From the NCBI GenBank assembly GCA_020721905.1, contig DYLU01000001.1, positions 32,439-96,438 of the forward strand: a DNA stretch of 64,000 nt, in the 5' to 3' direction. Made by a program: the position numbers and the translations under genes. Positions 49,025 through 59,258 of the stretch are shown piece by piece. Position 1 is the stretch's first letter; every line of letters starts with the position of its first letter. The stretch comes from Leptospira biflexa. Lineage in GTDB: Bacteria > Spirochaetota > UBA4802 > UB4802. The notes under the pieces were generated by a model. The model made no database searches, had not been told where the DNA came from, and saw only the letters and a program-made list of their open reading frames with translations.

Positions 49025-51127
49025 TCAGCTTATATGTGCCTGTGCATCTGTTTTATCTTCATCTAACAGTGTTACTGTATATCCACACTGTTCATTCAAA
49101 CATACAAGCATCTCGCCTTTTTTCTTTATTTTCCGTATAAAAAGCAAACTTCCGCATTTGGGACATGCGTGTTCTGATGCCTGCTCACGGGTAGCAAAAT
49201 CACACTCTGGATATCTATTACATGCATAAAATGTGCCGCGTCGCTTTGATGAGCGTTTGATTACATCGCCGCCACACTTAGGGCATTTACCAAGCGGCAA
49301 AGGTTTTGCATTGGAACATTTTGGAAACGCAGAACATGCCAGAAAGAATCCATATTTCCCTAACCGCTTGACCATTTTGCTGCCGCATTTTTCGCATACC
49401 AGATCAGTTTCTTCATCCAGTATGTTTTTCACATCTTCAATATGTTCTTCGGCGTGATGTACGGTTAACTTGAAGGGTTCGTAAAATTCCTTAATCATAC
49501 TCACCCAGTCATTATGCGCTTCTTCAATTAAATCTAATTTTTCTTCCATCTTTGCAGTAAAATCAATATTTATCAGTGATTCAAAGTATGAAACTATGAT
49601 GTCATTAACCAGCCTTCCCAAAACAGTAGGTACCAGCTGTTTACCATGTTTGGTCACATAATACCGCTTTAACAGTGTATTTATGGTTGGGGCATACGTG
49701 GAAGGCCTGCCAATACCTGATTCTTCCAGAAACTTTACCAGCGATGCTTCATTGTACCGTGGAGGTGGTGAAGTAAAATGCTGCTGGGGATCAAAAGATT
49801 CTGGAAAAAGAACCTGCCCAACTTCTAAAGGAGGCAGCACCTTCTTTTCGGCACCTTCTTCTTTTTCTATTACAGTGAAGCCATTAAACAAAATCCTGCT
49901 ACCTGTTGCCCTGAATTCAAAATTTTCAACATTCATGACAACAGTAACCACTAAAGAAACTTCCGGCGTCATTTGCGATGAAACAAACCGCTTCCATATC
50001 AATGAATACAACTTGTACTGGTCAGGTGTTAAATCGTTTTTAATTGATTCGGGATCCCTGAATACATTGGTTGGTCGTATTGCTTCATGTGCATCCTGTG
50101 CACCCTTTTTGTTTGGATAAAAATTTGGTGATTCCGGGATATACTCTTTGGAAAATTTTTTGCCAAGATAATCCCTTACTGAAGCAAGTGCAGCCGGAGC
50201 CACCCGTGTTGAATCTGTACGCATGTAGGTAATTAAACCAACCTGACCCTCACCTGATATTGTAACACCTTCATACAACTGTTGTGCCACCATCATGGTC
50301 TTACTTGCGGAAAACCCTAAACGTCTGGCAGCATCCTGCTGCAATTTGCTGGTAATGTATGGAGCCTGAGGTTTTCTTCTTCTTTCTTTATGTTCAACAT
50401 TACTTACAGTAAATGGTTTGCCTTCTACAAGGCTTAATACCCTGTCAACATCGTTCTTTGTTTTTAGCTCAATTTTATTTCCGTTTTCTGAAAAAAGCGA
50501 TGCCACAAACTCCTGCTTATGATGTTCAAACAGTGCATCAAGAGTCCAATATTCCTGCGGAATAAAATTTTCAATTTCTTTTTCTCGTTCACAGATAACC
50601 CGCAACGCAACCGACTGCACTCTTCCCGCTGACAAGCCCTTCTTAACCTTCTTCCATAATATTGGACTCAAATAGTAACCCACAAGCCTGTCCAGAATAC
50701 GTCGTGCCTGCTGTGCATTTACCAGATCCATATTAATGTCACGGGCTTTTTCAACAGCTTCTTTTATTGCTTCTTCGGTTATCTCATGAAATTCAATACG
50801 CTTTATATCCGGATTTTTTTCTTTCAAGACATTGGATAGATGCCATGATATTGCTTCACCTTCACGGTCAGGGTCAGTTGCAAGTAAAACATTGCTGGAT
50901 TGGCTTGCTTTCTTTTTTAAATCGTTTATTAACTTTGCCTTACCGCGTATAGGGATATATTCAGGCTTGAAATCATTATTCACATCAACTGCTAACCGTG
51001 ATTTGGGCAAATCAATGATATGACCCATCGACGAAGCTATGATATAGTCTTTTCCTAAATATTTATGTATTGTTTTTGCTTTTGTAGGTGACTCAACAAT
51101 CACGAGGGTTTTCTTATGATCAGCCAT
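49025..51127 (-). CDS. topA: DNA topoisomerase I with C-terminal zinc ribbons
   Basis: VIVESPTK, ATDPDREGE, SAGRVQS, ITYMRTDS; C4 zinc ribbons. Confidence 0.97.
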   Translation of the reverse strand: MADHKKTLVIVESPTKAKTIHKYLGKDYIIASSMGHIIDLPKSRLAVDVNNDFKPEYIPIRGKAKLINDLKKKASQSSNVLLATDPDREGEAISWHLSNVLKEKNPDIKRIEFHEITEEAIKEAVEKARDINMDLVNAQQARRILDRLVGYYLSPILWKKVKKGLSAGRVQSVALRVICEREKEIENFIPQEYWTLDALFEHHKQEFVASLFSENGNKIELKTKNDVDRVLSLVEGKPFTVSNVEHKERRRKPQAPYITSKLQQDAARRLGFSASKTMMVAQQLYEGVTISGEGQVGLITYMRTDSTRVAPAALASVRDYLGKKFSKEYIPESPNFYPNKKGAQDAHEAIRPTNVFRDPESIKNDLTPDQYKLYSLIWKRFVSSQMTPEVSLVVTVVMNVENFEFRATGSRILFNGFTVIEKEEGAEKKVLPPLEVGQVLFPESFDPQQHFTSPPPRYNEASLVKFLEESGIGRPSTYAPTINTLLKRYYVTKHGKQLVPTVLGRLVNDIIVSYFESLINIDFTAKMEEKLDLIEEAHNDWVSMIKEFYEPFKLTVHHAEEHIEDVKNILDEETDLVCEKCGSKMVKRLGKYGFFLACSAFPKCSNAKPLPLGKCPKCGGDVIKRSSKRRGTFYACNRYPECDFATREQASEHACPKCGSLLFIRKIKKKGEMLVCLNEQCGYTVTLLDEDKTDAQAHIS

Positions 51128-51201
51128 AATTACTTCCTTACGTTCTAATTTTTTAAGCGATAGTTACTGATAATTGAAACTCAATGTATATTGTATACCC
51201 C

Positions 51202-51813
51202 TTATTTTTTGTCAAACAGTTCCTTTATTTCTTTGTATGGATTCCATCTGATAACAACAAACAACAAAATGCTGATTGCAAACGTTATAATCGTGAAAAG
51301 TATTATTCGTTCTGAAGTATAGTAAATATAACCATCAAAAGGAATTGCATACGTTATGACGCCCAACAATGGTTTGTGTGAAGGCTGATGACAAAAATTA
51401 CATTCTGATTTACGGTAAATCGGTATTATGCCATGATATAGTCTTCCCTTTACTGTAAATTGAGGTTGTGGTTTTATATCGCTGCATACATTCATAACAG
51501 CACTATTGTTACCCATTTCGGTCATACCCGGTGCTTTAATAAGGTTGCCCTGTTCATCATACACCGTGATGCTTATACCAGAACGTTTCTGCAAATCATT
51601 CAGATATATCCAGGCATATTCTGGTTTTGTCATTGTTTTAATGTGCAGAAAACTATCGGTTATAATATACATATTTCTTTCAAGTTCTTTAAAATAGCCC
51701 GATTTATATATGCCAAATATATCGCCAATATATGGTGGCACAGAAAAAATCTGGATAAAGCTAATACCCCATAACACTGCAAGCACAATAATGAGCACTC
51801 GTTTTACTATCAT
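51202..51813 (-). CDS. Two-TM protein with a periplasmic c-type heme motif
   Basis: TM-periplasmic domain with ECNFCH-TM. Confidence 0.7.
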   Translation of the reverse strand: MIVKRVLIIVLAVLWGISFIQIFSVPPYIGDIFGIYKSGYFKELERNMYIITDSFLHIKTMTKPEYAWIYLNDLQKRSGISITVYDEQGNLIKAPGMTEMGNNSAVMNVCSDIKPQPQFTVKGRLYHGIIPIYRKSECNFCHQPSHKPLLGVITYAIPFDGYIYYTSERIILFTIITFAISILLFVVIRWNPYKEIKELFDKK

Positions 51814-51827
51814 ACCATAATCAACTT

Positions 51828-52916
51828 TTATAATAAAGAAATAGTATTCCCCGATCTAACGATAACGCCCTCAAGCTCCAGTATAGCAATTTTTTCAAGA
51901 ACTTCATTACTACTTTTGCCCAACTGGCGTATCAATGTATCAATGTCCATAGACCCGCTTTGTAACGTTTTAACGATATCATCATTTTCATATACTGAAA
52001 TCTTTGACCTTTCCTGAATTCCCTGATTTTTCTCAACTTTATCAAATAGTGTTGGCTGCCTGTATAATTTGTCAACACTAAGAACTTCCAGGATATCCTG
52101 CTCATCAAAAACAGGATGTGCACCTTCCTTCAACAGCTTATAGCACCCTTTGTAACCTTCATCAAAAGAATGTCCGCAACATACAAATAATTCCCTGTTG
52201 TGTTCAAGGGCATACCGGGCAGTAATAAGTGCTCCGCTTTTTTCACCTGCTTTAATGACAATGACCCCCTTTGATAATCCGCTTATAATTCTATTCCTGC
52301 GTACAAATGTCCACCTGGTGATACGCACTTTTGGAGGATATTCCGACAAAACACATCCATTGCCTGAATTAATAATATCAGTGTAAATATCCCGATTGCT
52401 TGCCGGATACAACATATCAATACCATTTGCCATGACCCCTATTGTCGATCCACCTGCTTTTAATGCCCCTATATGCGCTCTTCGGTCAATCCCAATAGCA
52501 AGCCCGCTTACAATGGCAATGTCGTATTGTGCCAACAAACCGGAAAGCTTTTCAGCTATTGAACCCGACTGAAGATCATCATTTCTGGTACCAACAATAG
52601 CAAGGGATAATTTCTGAGGCAGATTGCCTCGAACATATAGAACGGCTGGAGGATATGGAATTTCTTTTAATAAGGCTGGATAATCCTGATCCCAGTAGGA
52701 AATTAAATTCGCATTCATTTTGCTACATAACTCAATAATTTTATCTGCTTCTTCAAGTGGAGACATTGAATACCAGCTTGTATAGTATTCCTGAATTTTT
52801 CTATCATCAGCCGATACATACTCATGATAAATTATTTCCGGATCATTTTTTTCATAAAGATGCCACAAACCGGAACTCATCAATGATAAAGCCACAGCAT
52901 ATTTTTTTTTGTCCAT
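51828..52916 (-). CDS. dprA: DNA processing protein DprA
   Basis: YPALLKEI..PP, AIVGTR, VSGLAIGID..AH, RNRIISGLS, SGALITA, C-terminal wHTH. Confidence 0.95.
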   Translation of the reverse strand: MDKKKYAVALSLMSSGLWHLYEKNDPEIIYHEYVSADDRKIQEYYTSWYSMSPLEEADKIIELCSKMNANLISYWDQDYPALLKEIPYPPAVLYVRGNLPQKLSLAIVGTRNDDLQSGSIAEKLSGLLAQYDIAIVSGLAIGIDRRAHIGALKAGGSTIGVMANGIDMLYPASNRDIYTDIINSGNGCVLSEYPPKVRITRWTFVRRNRIISGLSKGVIVIKAGEKSGALITARYALEHNRELFVCCGHSFDEGYKGCYKLLKEGAHPVFDEQDILEVLSVDKLYRQPTLFDKVEKNQGIQERSKISVYENDDIVKTLQSGSMDIDTLIRQLGKSSNEVLEKIAILELEGVIVRSGNTISLL

Positions 52917-52920
52917 ATAA

Positions 52921-53640
52921 TTACCGTGCTAACTCTGTAGTTATTCTTTGAATATTTTCTTTACACGCCTGTTTATATTCCTTTGCTAACGGCGTATCCA
53001 CTTTTTCAAGATCAGTATAAAGATCCTGATATACCGATAGTGACTTATTAAGGTCTTTATTTTCGTAATAAAACCTTCCCAGTGCAAACCGTGCTCTGTA
53101 AAACGAAGGTTTTTGTTGTGTTATCTCCTCCATCAGTTGCACAGCTTTTGATCTGTTATCTTTCTGATAAAACAAAAGAATTGCCATACCATACTTTGCC
53201 TCAGTAAAGTTGGGATCCATCTGCAATGCTTTTTCATAATGAATATGTGCTTTATCAATATCATCTTTATTTTCCAGCTGTGTTCCCCTGTTTGCATACG
53301 CAATTGCTAACTGGTAATGTACAAAAGGAGTATTTCTTCCATACCCCAGAGCTTTATGTAATGCATCAATGGCAGGGTCCCATGCACCCTTTTCATTATA
53401 TTTGCCTCCTAAATTTTGATACAGTACGCCTATCTTATTAACCACTTCAGGATTTGTTGCACTTTTTGAAGTTAGCTCAGATAATTCTTCTTCCATACGC
53501 TTAATCTCGCCCTGTGTAACAACCCTTACAGATTTTAACACAAAAATCTTTTTTAGTATCTTTCCATCAAAAATAATTATTAATGCAACGATACTGCTTA
53601 TGACCAATAACGTTAAAGTGATTTTTCTTAACTTTGACAT
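52921..53640 (-). CDS. Membrane-anchored TPR protein
   Basis: N-terminal TM; TPR-like helices (YEKALQMDPNFTEAKYGMA). Confidence 0.8.
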   Translation of the reverse strand: MSKLRKITLTLLVISSIVALIIIFDGKILKKIFVLKSVRVVTQGEIKRMEEELSELTSKSATNPEVVNKIGVLYQNLGGKYNEKGAWDPAIDALHKALGYGRNTPFVHYQLAIAYANRGTQLENKDDIDKAHIHYEKALQMDPNFTEAKYGMAILLFYQKDNRSKAVQLMEEITQQKPSFYRARFALGRFYYENKDLNKSLSVYQDLYTDLEKVDTPLAKEYKQACKENIQRITTELAR

Positions 53641-53942
53641 TGTATCACCTCGTTTTATGTACTACAATGAAGTGCTAAAATGAATGAATATAATTATATA
53701 TTTTTGTAAAATACTTGACAACCATTTTATAAATTTCAAGTGGTTTTTATATATTCTGGGCTTTGCAATGACTTTTTTTTGTCACTGCAAGCAAAGCACT
53801 TGCCCTGATCCTGTGATAGGATGGCACCTAAGTAGTTTAACAGGCGGTCACTTGACCCACTCAAAGTGATCATCATACCCCTGTCACAGTGCTGATTATC
53901 ATAGCAATTTTCACAAAATGATATTTTAAGGAGGATGAATAT

Positions 53943-54137
53943 ATGCTTCCCCATCAGATGCGCGCTGGTGATTTTACATGTTTGCTGTGCGGCTCAAAAT
54001 TAAATTTAAAAATTAATGAACTTTCCATAGGCGTTAATAGCGGAACATGCCCCATGTGCGGAGAACCTTTTACAATAAAATTAAATAAAAAAGATCTGGA
54101 ATTACTTCTTGAAGCAGAAGAAATAGCAAAGCAATAA
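53943..54137 (+). CDS. Small zinc-ribbon protein
   Basis: CLLC..CPMC; strong AAGGAGG RBS. Confidence 0.75.
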   Translation: MLPHQMRAGDFTCLLCGSKLNLKINELSIGVNSGTCPMCGEPFTIKLNKKDLELLLEAEEIAKQ

Positions 54138-54217
54138 GTATGATATAGTATAAACCTACACTGCAGCTGATACAAGTGTTTACAGGTTAATGTGATAAAT
54201 TAATTTTCAATAAATAT

Positions 54218-54733
54218 TTAATGATTACTATTAAATTTTTTTTTTAATCGTTCACATACATCATGGGGATCAACTACCATAACCCGTGTATGTGAAATCA
54301 CATCAAGAAATCCTAACTCATTAGGGAAACGTGGAACAATATGCAGGTGAATATGCGATATACTTGCCCCACTCCATGACCCCAAATTGTATCCAACATT
54401 AAATCCTGATGGCTTAAATTCTTCTTTTAATATATCTATAGTTTTTATAGTTAACCTGTGCAGTGCTAAAACATCATCCTCAGATAAATCATGCAAATTT
54501 TCTATATGCTGTAAAGGAAATATCATGCAATGGCCGGGATTAAAAGGATATAAATTTACCGAGACAATAAATGTATCTGTACGATATATTTCAAGACTTA
54601 CCACATCTTCTGAATGGTCACGTATTGCGCACAGTATACATGCATGCTTTTCATTTTTTTTACCAACATATTTGATTTTTTCGGTATTGAAAAGATACCA
54701 GCGTTTAAATCTTTCAAAATAACTGTCTGCCAT
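54218..54733 (-). CDS. HIT family hydrolase
   Basis: CILC, NLYPFNPGH, GFNVGYN, HIHLHIVPR. Confidence 0.92.
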   Translation of the reverse strand: MADSYFERFKRWYLFNTEKIKYVGKKNEKHACILCAIRDHSEDVVSLEIYRTDTFIVSVNLYPFNPGHCMIFPLQHIENLHDLSEDDVLALHRLTIKTIDILKEEFKPSGFNVGYNLGSWSGASISHIHLHIVPRFPNELGFLDVISHTRVMVVDPHDVCERLKKKFNSNH

Positions 54734-54746
54734 AATTATATTTTTT

Positions 54747-55613
54747 TTACCTTGACTGGAAGTTTTTTTGTATCTTTGACCGCCTTCGTCTGACAAGAGC
54801 TATATATACTGTAAAAAGTATAATGACACCAATACTGAATGCACTGGTTAAAATATAAATGATGTCAAGACGCTTGATAGAAGCTATTTTACTTTGCAGC
54901 TCTTTGTCAAGATATTCTATCTCAACTTCAACTAACTTTTTGGTAAAATCTATTTCCTGTTGTGAAAAAACATGCACAAGCTGGTGAAAATAACTTTTAA
55001 GCTCATTATACCGCTTTGTCATGTCCTTACTTTCTACATTTTTTTCATTCATGTAATCAAGTGATTTTTCAATATCTTCAATATTTTTCTCAATTGATAT
55101 AATTGAATTTACCAGATCACGTGAATATTCAACACTATGACAGCTTGAACATGTTTTACTGGTAATAATATGATACGTTGACTGCGCTACATTGTGGTCG
55201 CCATGGCAATCAACACAGTTTGGGCTGCCTATTTTTAAAACTGAATGATAGTGAGGACCTTTTTTTAGCTGTGCCAGTGCCTGATCATGGCAACCTTCTC
55301 TTCCGCAAAACTCTGGTATATCTTTCTTTGTTGGTTTTCCAATAAAATTTGCTTTTTTATCCTTTGCAGCTTTAGCATCATCTGCATCGGGATTTCCACC
55401 ATGGCATACCTGGCATTCAAGATTACTTTTTGCATGTACGCTATTTTCCCATTCCAGAACTACCGCACGAGGTTTACCATTAAGCTTAATATGGCATTCT
55501 ATACAGTAATTTTTTTTATGAGAGCTGTTGCCCATTGTCTTTTGAGCAAACGCACTATAAAAAGTTAAAAGTACAATAGCAAAAATTATAATAAAAGTAC
55601 AACCTCGCTTCAT
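54747..55613 (-). CDS. Membrane-anchored multiheme c-type cytochrome
   Basis: Signal peptide; CIECH, CQVCH, CGREGCH, CVDCH, CSSCH; coiled coil and C-terminal TM. Confidence 0.88.
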   Translation of the reverse strand: MKRGCTFIIIFAIVLLTFYSAFAQKTMGNSSHKKNYCIECHIKLNGKPRAVVLEWENSVHAKSNLECQVCHGGNPDADDAKAAKDKKANFIGKPTKKDIPEFCGREGCHDQALAQLKKGPHYHSVLKIGSPNCVDCHGDHNVAQSTYHIITSKTCSSCHSVEYSRDLVNSIISIEKNIEDIEKSLDYMNEKNVESKDMTKRYNELKSYFHQLVHVFSQQEIDFTKKLVEVEIEYLDKELQSKIASIKRLDIIYILTSAFSIGVIILFTVYIALVRRRRSKIQKNFQSR

Positions 55614-55673
55614 AGGTTACCTCAAAGCACGTTTTATTGTATGCCTAATTCCTTTTTCGACACCCTGTACTCA

Positions 55674-56153
55674 TTACACAAGTACAATCCCATAAACTTT
55701 CATGATAACCATAATAATGGTAATAGTAATGTTAGCATACACTCCTGCAATGATATCATCAATCATTATCCCAAGACCACCATGAAAATGCTCCAATGTG
55801 TGTATTGGGTAAGGTTTCATAATATCAAACAGTCTGAAAAAAAAGAAACCCAGAACTGCTGTGCTCCAGCTAAACGGATGAAACAGCATGGTAACCCAGA
55901 AACCAAGCATCTCATCAAGAACAACTTCCTGCGGGTCTTTTCGTGCAAAATAAATTTCCGCATCATCACCCAGTTTGATTGCAGGATAAGTTATAAGCGC
56001 CACAAGAACAACATTTGCTACAATCCCGTATTTACCAAAAAGCTGATGTAAAATTACATACAGCAGCAAAGCTAACATCGCACCAACAGTACCCGAACCC
56101 TTGGGGAAGTAGCCAGTATAAAGCCCTGTAAACAAAAACTCTTTCCAGTTCAT
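55674..56153 (-). CDS. pgpA: Phosphatidylglycerophosphatase A
   Basis: GSGTVG, DPQEVVLDE, FRLFDIMKP, GIMIDDIIAG. Confidence 0.93.
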   Translation of the reverse strand: MNWKEFLFTGLYTGYFPKGSGTVGAMLALLLYVILHQLFGKYGIVANVVLVALITYPAIKLGDDAEIYFARKDPQEVVLDEMLGFWVTMLFHPFSWSTAVLGFFFFRLFDIMKPYPIHTLEHFHGGLGIMIDDIIAGVYANITITIIMVIMKVYGIVLV

Positions 56154-56159
56154 ATAAAT

Positions 56160-56813
56160 TTATTTAGCATCCTTTTGTGTATATGGTGGTATAAATAAAT
56201 GCCAGTTGGTTATAATGTATCGCAGTCCTGATAGAGCTGTTAAGAAGGTTACCACAGCCATAATAAGATAGGGGCATACTATAAGCCATTTATGAACTAA
56301 ATTTGAATTAAGAATCTCAACAACAGTTTCAAGTTTCAGTGCGCTTAACTGATTGATTTCAAGTTGTACATTTTTTATGGAATTACGGACAATAAACACC
56401 ATTATGATAACGATAATGCCAATCATCTGGAAGGCTGTTTTAAATTTACCTAACTTGCTGGTGCGCAACATTGACCCTTTTTTGATAGACAAATAGCGCA
56501 TCAATGTTATCAAAAGGTCCCGCGCAATGATAACAATAACCATCCATAGCGGGATAAGTGGATCAAGGAATAAAAATGCAATGAGCGCCGAAATAACCAG
56601 AAACTTATCAGCCAGCGGGTCCAGAAATTTTCCTGTATCAGTTTCCTGGCGCAACCTGCGGGCTGTCCATCCATCTAAAAAGTCAGTAAGCGATGCTATG
56701 ATAAAAATCAAGAGCGCCCAGATTCTATGTTCTACAGTTGGCGTAAAGATTAAATATAAGAATAATGGTATGAGTATTATCCGTGATAATGTTAATAAAT
56801 TAGGTATATTCAA
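56160..56813 (-). CDS. pgsA: CDP-diacylglycerol--glycerol-3-phosphate phosphatidyltransferase
   Basis: NIPNLLTLSR, TDFLDGWTAR..GKFLDPLADK. Confidence 0.93.
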   Translation of the reverse strand: MNIPNLLTLSRIILIPLFLYLIFTPTVEHRIWALLIFIIASLTDFLDGWTARRLRQETDTGKFLDPLADKFLVISALIAFLFLDPLIPLWMVIVIIARDLLITLMRYLSIKKGSMLRTSKLGKFKTAFQMIGIIVIIMVFIVRNSIKNVQLEINQLSALKLETVVEILNSNLVHKWLIVCPYLIMAVVTFLTALSGLRYIITNWHLFIPPYTQKDAK

Positions 56814-58120
56814 ATTATTTCTCCTATACGGTCATATTCCAATGTGTCGGTTATCTTAGCTGTAACGATATCATTGACAGGTACGTTGTGTGCGGTCAAG
56901 AAAAAAATGCCGTCTATTTCAGGAGCATCGTACTGAGTTCTTCCAATATAATTATAATCATCCACTTTCTCTTCCACAAGCACCTGAACTGTAGTACCAA
57001 TAGTTTCCCTTAACTTTTGTTGCGAAATTTCCTGCTGTAATTTCATCAGTGTATTGTAGCGCTTTTTCTTTGTTGACTTTTTCACCGTATCCCCTTTTGC
57101 AAATGCGCGTGTACCTTCCTCAGGTGAATACATAAACACACCAACTCTATCTAATTGTGCTTCTTTAATAAAGTCCATTAATAATTTGAAATCATTTTCA
57201 TCTTCATCAGGAAATCCCACCATGATTGTGGAACGTATAGCTATATCAGGAATTGCTTTTCTCAATCCAGCAACAAGTTTCAAATAGCTGTCTGCATCAC
57301 CTTTCCTGTTCATTGATTGCAAAACTTTTTTGCTTGCATGCTGAAAAGGAATATCAATGTAATGCACAACCTTTGGCACCGCTACCAGTGCCTCAATAAG
57401 CCTGTCGTCAATATGATCAGGATGGCAATACATAAGCCTGATCCAGAAATCACCATCCAGGTTATTTATCATGTGCAATATATCCCAGATTTTTTTATCA
57501 TCATAGTGATATACTGCCGTATCCTGCGCCACTACAATGAGTTCTTTAACGCCATGGTTCAGCGCTTCACGAGCATCCGCCAAAATCATGGATGGCGGGA
57601 AAGCATTAAATCTGCCCCGTATCAGGGGAATAGCGCAGTAGCTGCAGAAATTGGAACACCCTTCTGCTATTTTAATATATGCATATGGAAGATTATCAAT
57701 AAGCGGTTTTCTTTTCCGGGCGATAGTTCTTTTAATCAGTGCAATATTGAATAAGCGGGCAATTTCATCTACTAAAGAGCTATCGTACAAACCCCATACC
57801 AGATCTATTTCAGGTATTTCCTGCAGTATTTCCTGTTTATACCGCTGGGTGAGACAGCCCAACACAACCAATCGTTTTTTAAAGATCTTGGTTTGCTGTG
57901 ATGTATAATCTAATGCATCAAGTATAGTTTCAACAGATTCTTTCTTTGCTGCTTCAATAAATCCACAGGTATTGATAAATAGTATATCCGCTTCATCAAT
58001 CTCGCGTGCTTCCACAAAACCAGCGTTGTGCATATCAGCATTAAGATGCTCGGAATCCACCTCATTTTTTGGGCAGCCTAATGAAATAATATAGTATGAA
58101 ATGTCCTCAGATGAAAACAC
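56810..58120 (-). CDS. rimO: Ribosomal protein S12 methylthiotransferase
   Basis: SLGCPKNEVDSE, NTCGFI, KIAEGCSNFCSYC, DAPEIDG TRAM. Confidence 0.95.
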   Translation of the reverse strand: MFSSEDISYYIISLGCPKNEVDSEHLNADMHNAGFVEAREIDEADILFINTCGFIEAAKKESVETILDALDYTSQQTKIFKKRLVVLGCLTQRYKQEILQEIPEIDLVWGLYDSSLVDEIARLFNIALIKRTIARKRKPLIDNLPYAYIKIAEGCSNFCSYCAIPLIRGRFNAFPPSMILADAREALNHGVKELIVVAQDTAVYHYDDKKIWDILHMINNLDGDFWIRLMYCHPDHIDDRLIEALVAVPKVVHYIDIPFQHASKKVLQSMNRKGDADSYLKLVAGLRKAIPDIAIRSTIMVGFPDEDENDFKLLMDFIKEAQLDRVGVFMYSPEEGTRAFAKGDTVKKSTKKKRYNTLMKLQQEISQQKLRETIGTTVQVLVEEKVDDYNYIGRTQYDAPEIDGIFFLTAHNVPVNDIVTAKITDTLEYDRIGEII

Positions 58121-58121
58121 A

Positions 58122-59255
58122 TCACCAGTCTTTTACTTCAAGCTTGTATTTGTTGGGATCCTGCGGGTCTTTACGCCAGGTAATTACCTTATTGGCAACC
58201 TGACCAGGCAGGCCAAACATATAGTCCGTGCCATTAATTTTAACTTTGACGCCTCCAGCATTGCCTATCTTAACCTGGATAAATTCTGATGCTTCCCACC
58301 GTTCTTTTGTGCCAGCAGGCATCATGCCCCTGACGCGCTCATTGCCATCTAAATAAAGTTCAAAATATGTTTTCTGCACAAACTCGGCTTCAAATACTAT
58401 TTTTAAATTTTTCTGGTCATGCGTGACCACTTCAGCAGGCGGTGTAACTGGAGTTGTTACAGTAACAGCTTCCTCAGGCTTCTCCTGCTCTACAGTAGCC
58501 AGTTGCACTTTGATTTTTGCCCTGTTTTCAGTCAAACCTTTTAACGTTAACATAATATTCCTGGAGGATTCCATTGGGCTGCATATCACAGGCTTTTCCA
58601 TTTCCAGAACATATTTCTTTGAATCAGGTAAAAACTCAACTATCACTGAATTATCTTTAATATCACTTAATACAAATAAAATTTCTTTATTGTCTACCAG
58701 AAACTGGCATGCCTCATCATTATATAACAGCACAATTCCACTATCATTGGTGAGCTGTAACGGCCATATGTTTTTAATGGCAATCTTTTTGCCCTGGGTT
58801 CGGTAATATTCCTCCTGAATTGCCTTAATGGAATCATCACTTCCTACATGTACATCCGAAGTAATAAGGCTTATAAACAGTGAAATAACAATAAGGACAG
58901 CAATACCAATACCTGCAACATATAAGATATTACGATACTGCTGAGCATACATTCGTAACTGAGCAACTATTGATAAACCAGTAGGCCTGGTTAACTCTTC
59001 AAGTGGTGTTGAACTTTCGCCAATCTTATATCCTTTATATGCCTGAATTAACTCATCAGCATCCAATTTAAGGTATTCAGCATACGAACGTAAAAAACCC
59101 AGCAGGTATGTTTCACTGGGAAATTTGTCAAAATCTTCATTTTCAAGTGCTTCCAGATATTTAACAACAATATTAGTATCTTTGGATACATCCTTTAACG
59201 TTAAACGTTTAGCTTCACGTGCATTGCGTAATGTTTCACCAATTCCTGCCACCAT
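58122..59255 (-). CDS. rodZ: RodZ-like HTH membrane protein
   Basis: HTH_25 (GETLRNAREAK..YLLGFLRSYAEYL), TM, C-terminal IGNAGGV (DUF4115-like). Confidence 0.82.
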   Translation of the reverse strand: MVAGIGETLRNAREAKRLTLKDVSKDTNIVVKYLEALENEDFDKFPSETYLLGFLRSYAEYLKLDADELIQAYKGYKIGESSTPLEELTRPTGLSIVAQLRMYAQQYRNILYVAGIGIAVLIVISLFISLITSDVHVGSDDSIKAIQEEYYRTQGKKIAIKNIWPLQLTNDSGIVLLYNDEACQFLVDNKEILFVLSDIKDNSVIVEFLPDSKKYVLEMEKPVICSPMESSRNIMLTLKGLTENRAKIKVQLATVEQEKPEEAVTVTTPVTPPAEVVTHDQKNLKIVFEAEFVQKTYFELYLDGNERVRGMMPAGTKERWEASEFIQVKIGNAGGVKVKINGTDYMFGLPGQVANKVITWRKDPQDPNKYKLEVKDW

Positions 59256-59258
59256 ACG

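Noticed and set aside
53821..53840. GGCACCTAAG resemblance to c-di-GMP-II or Moco riboswitch segments
   Set aside because: The remaining conserved elements of these families are absent, so it is kept only as an unassigned structured-RNA candidate.
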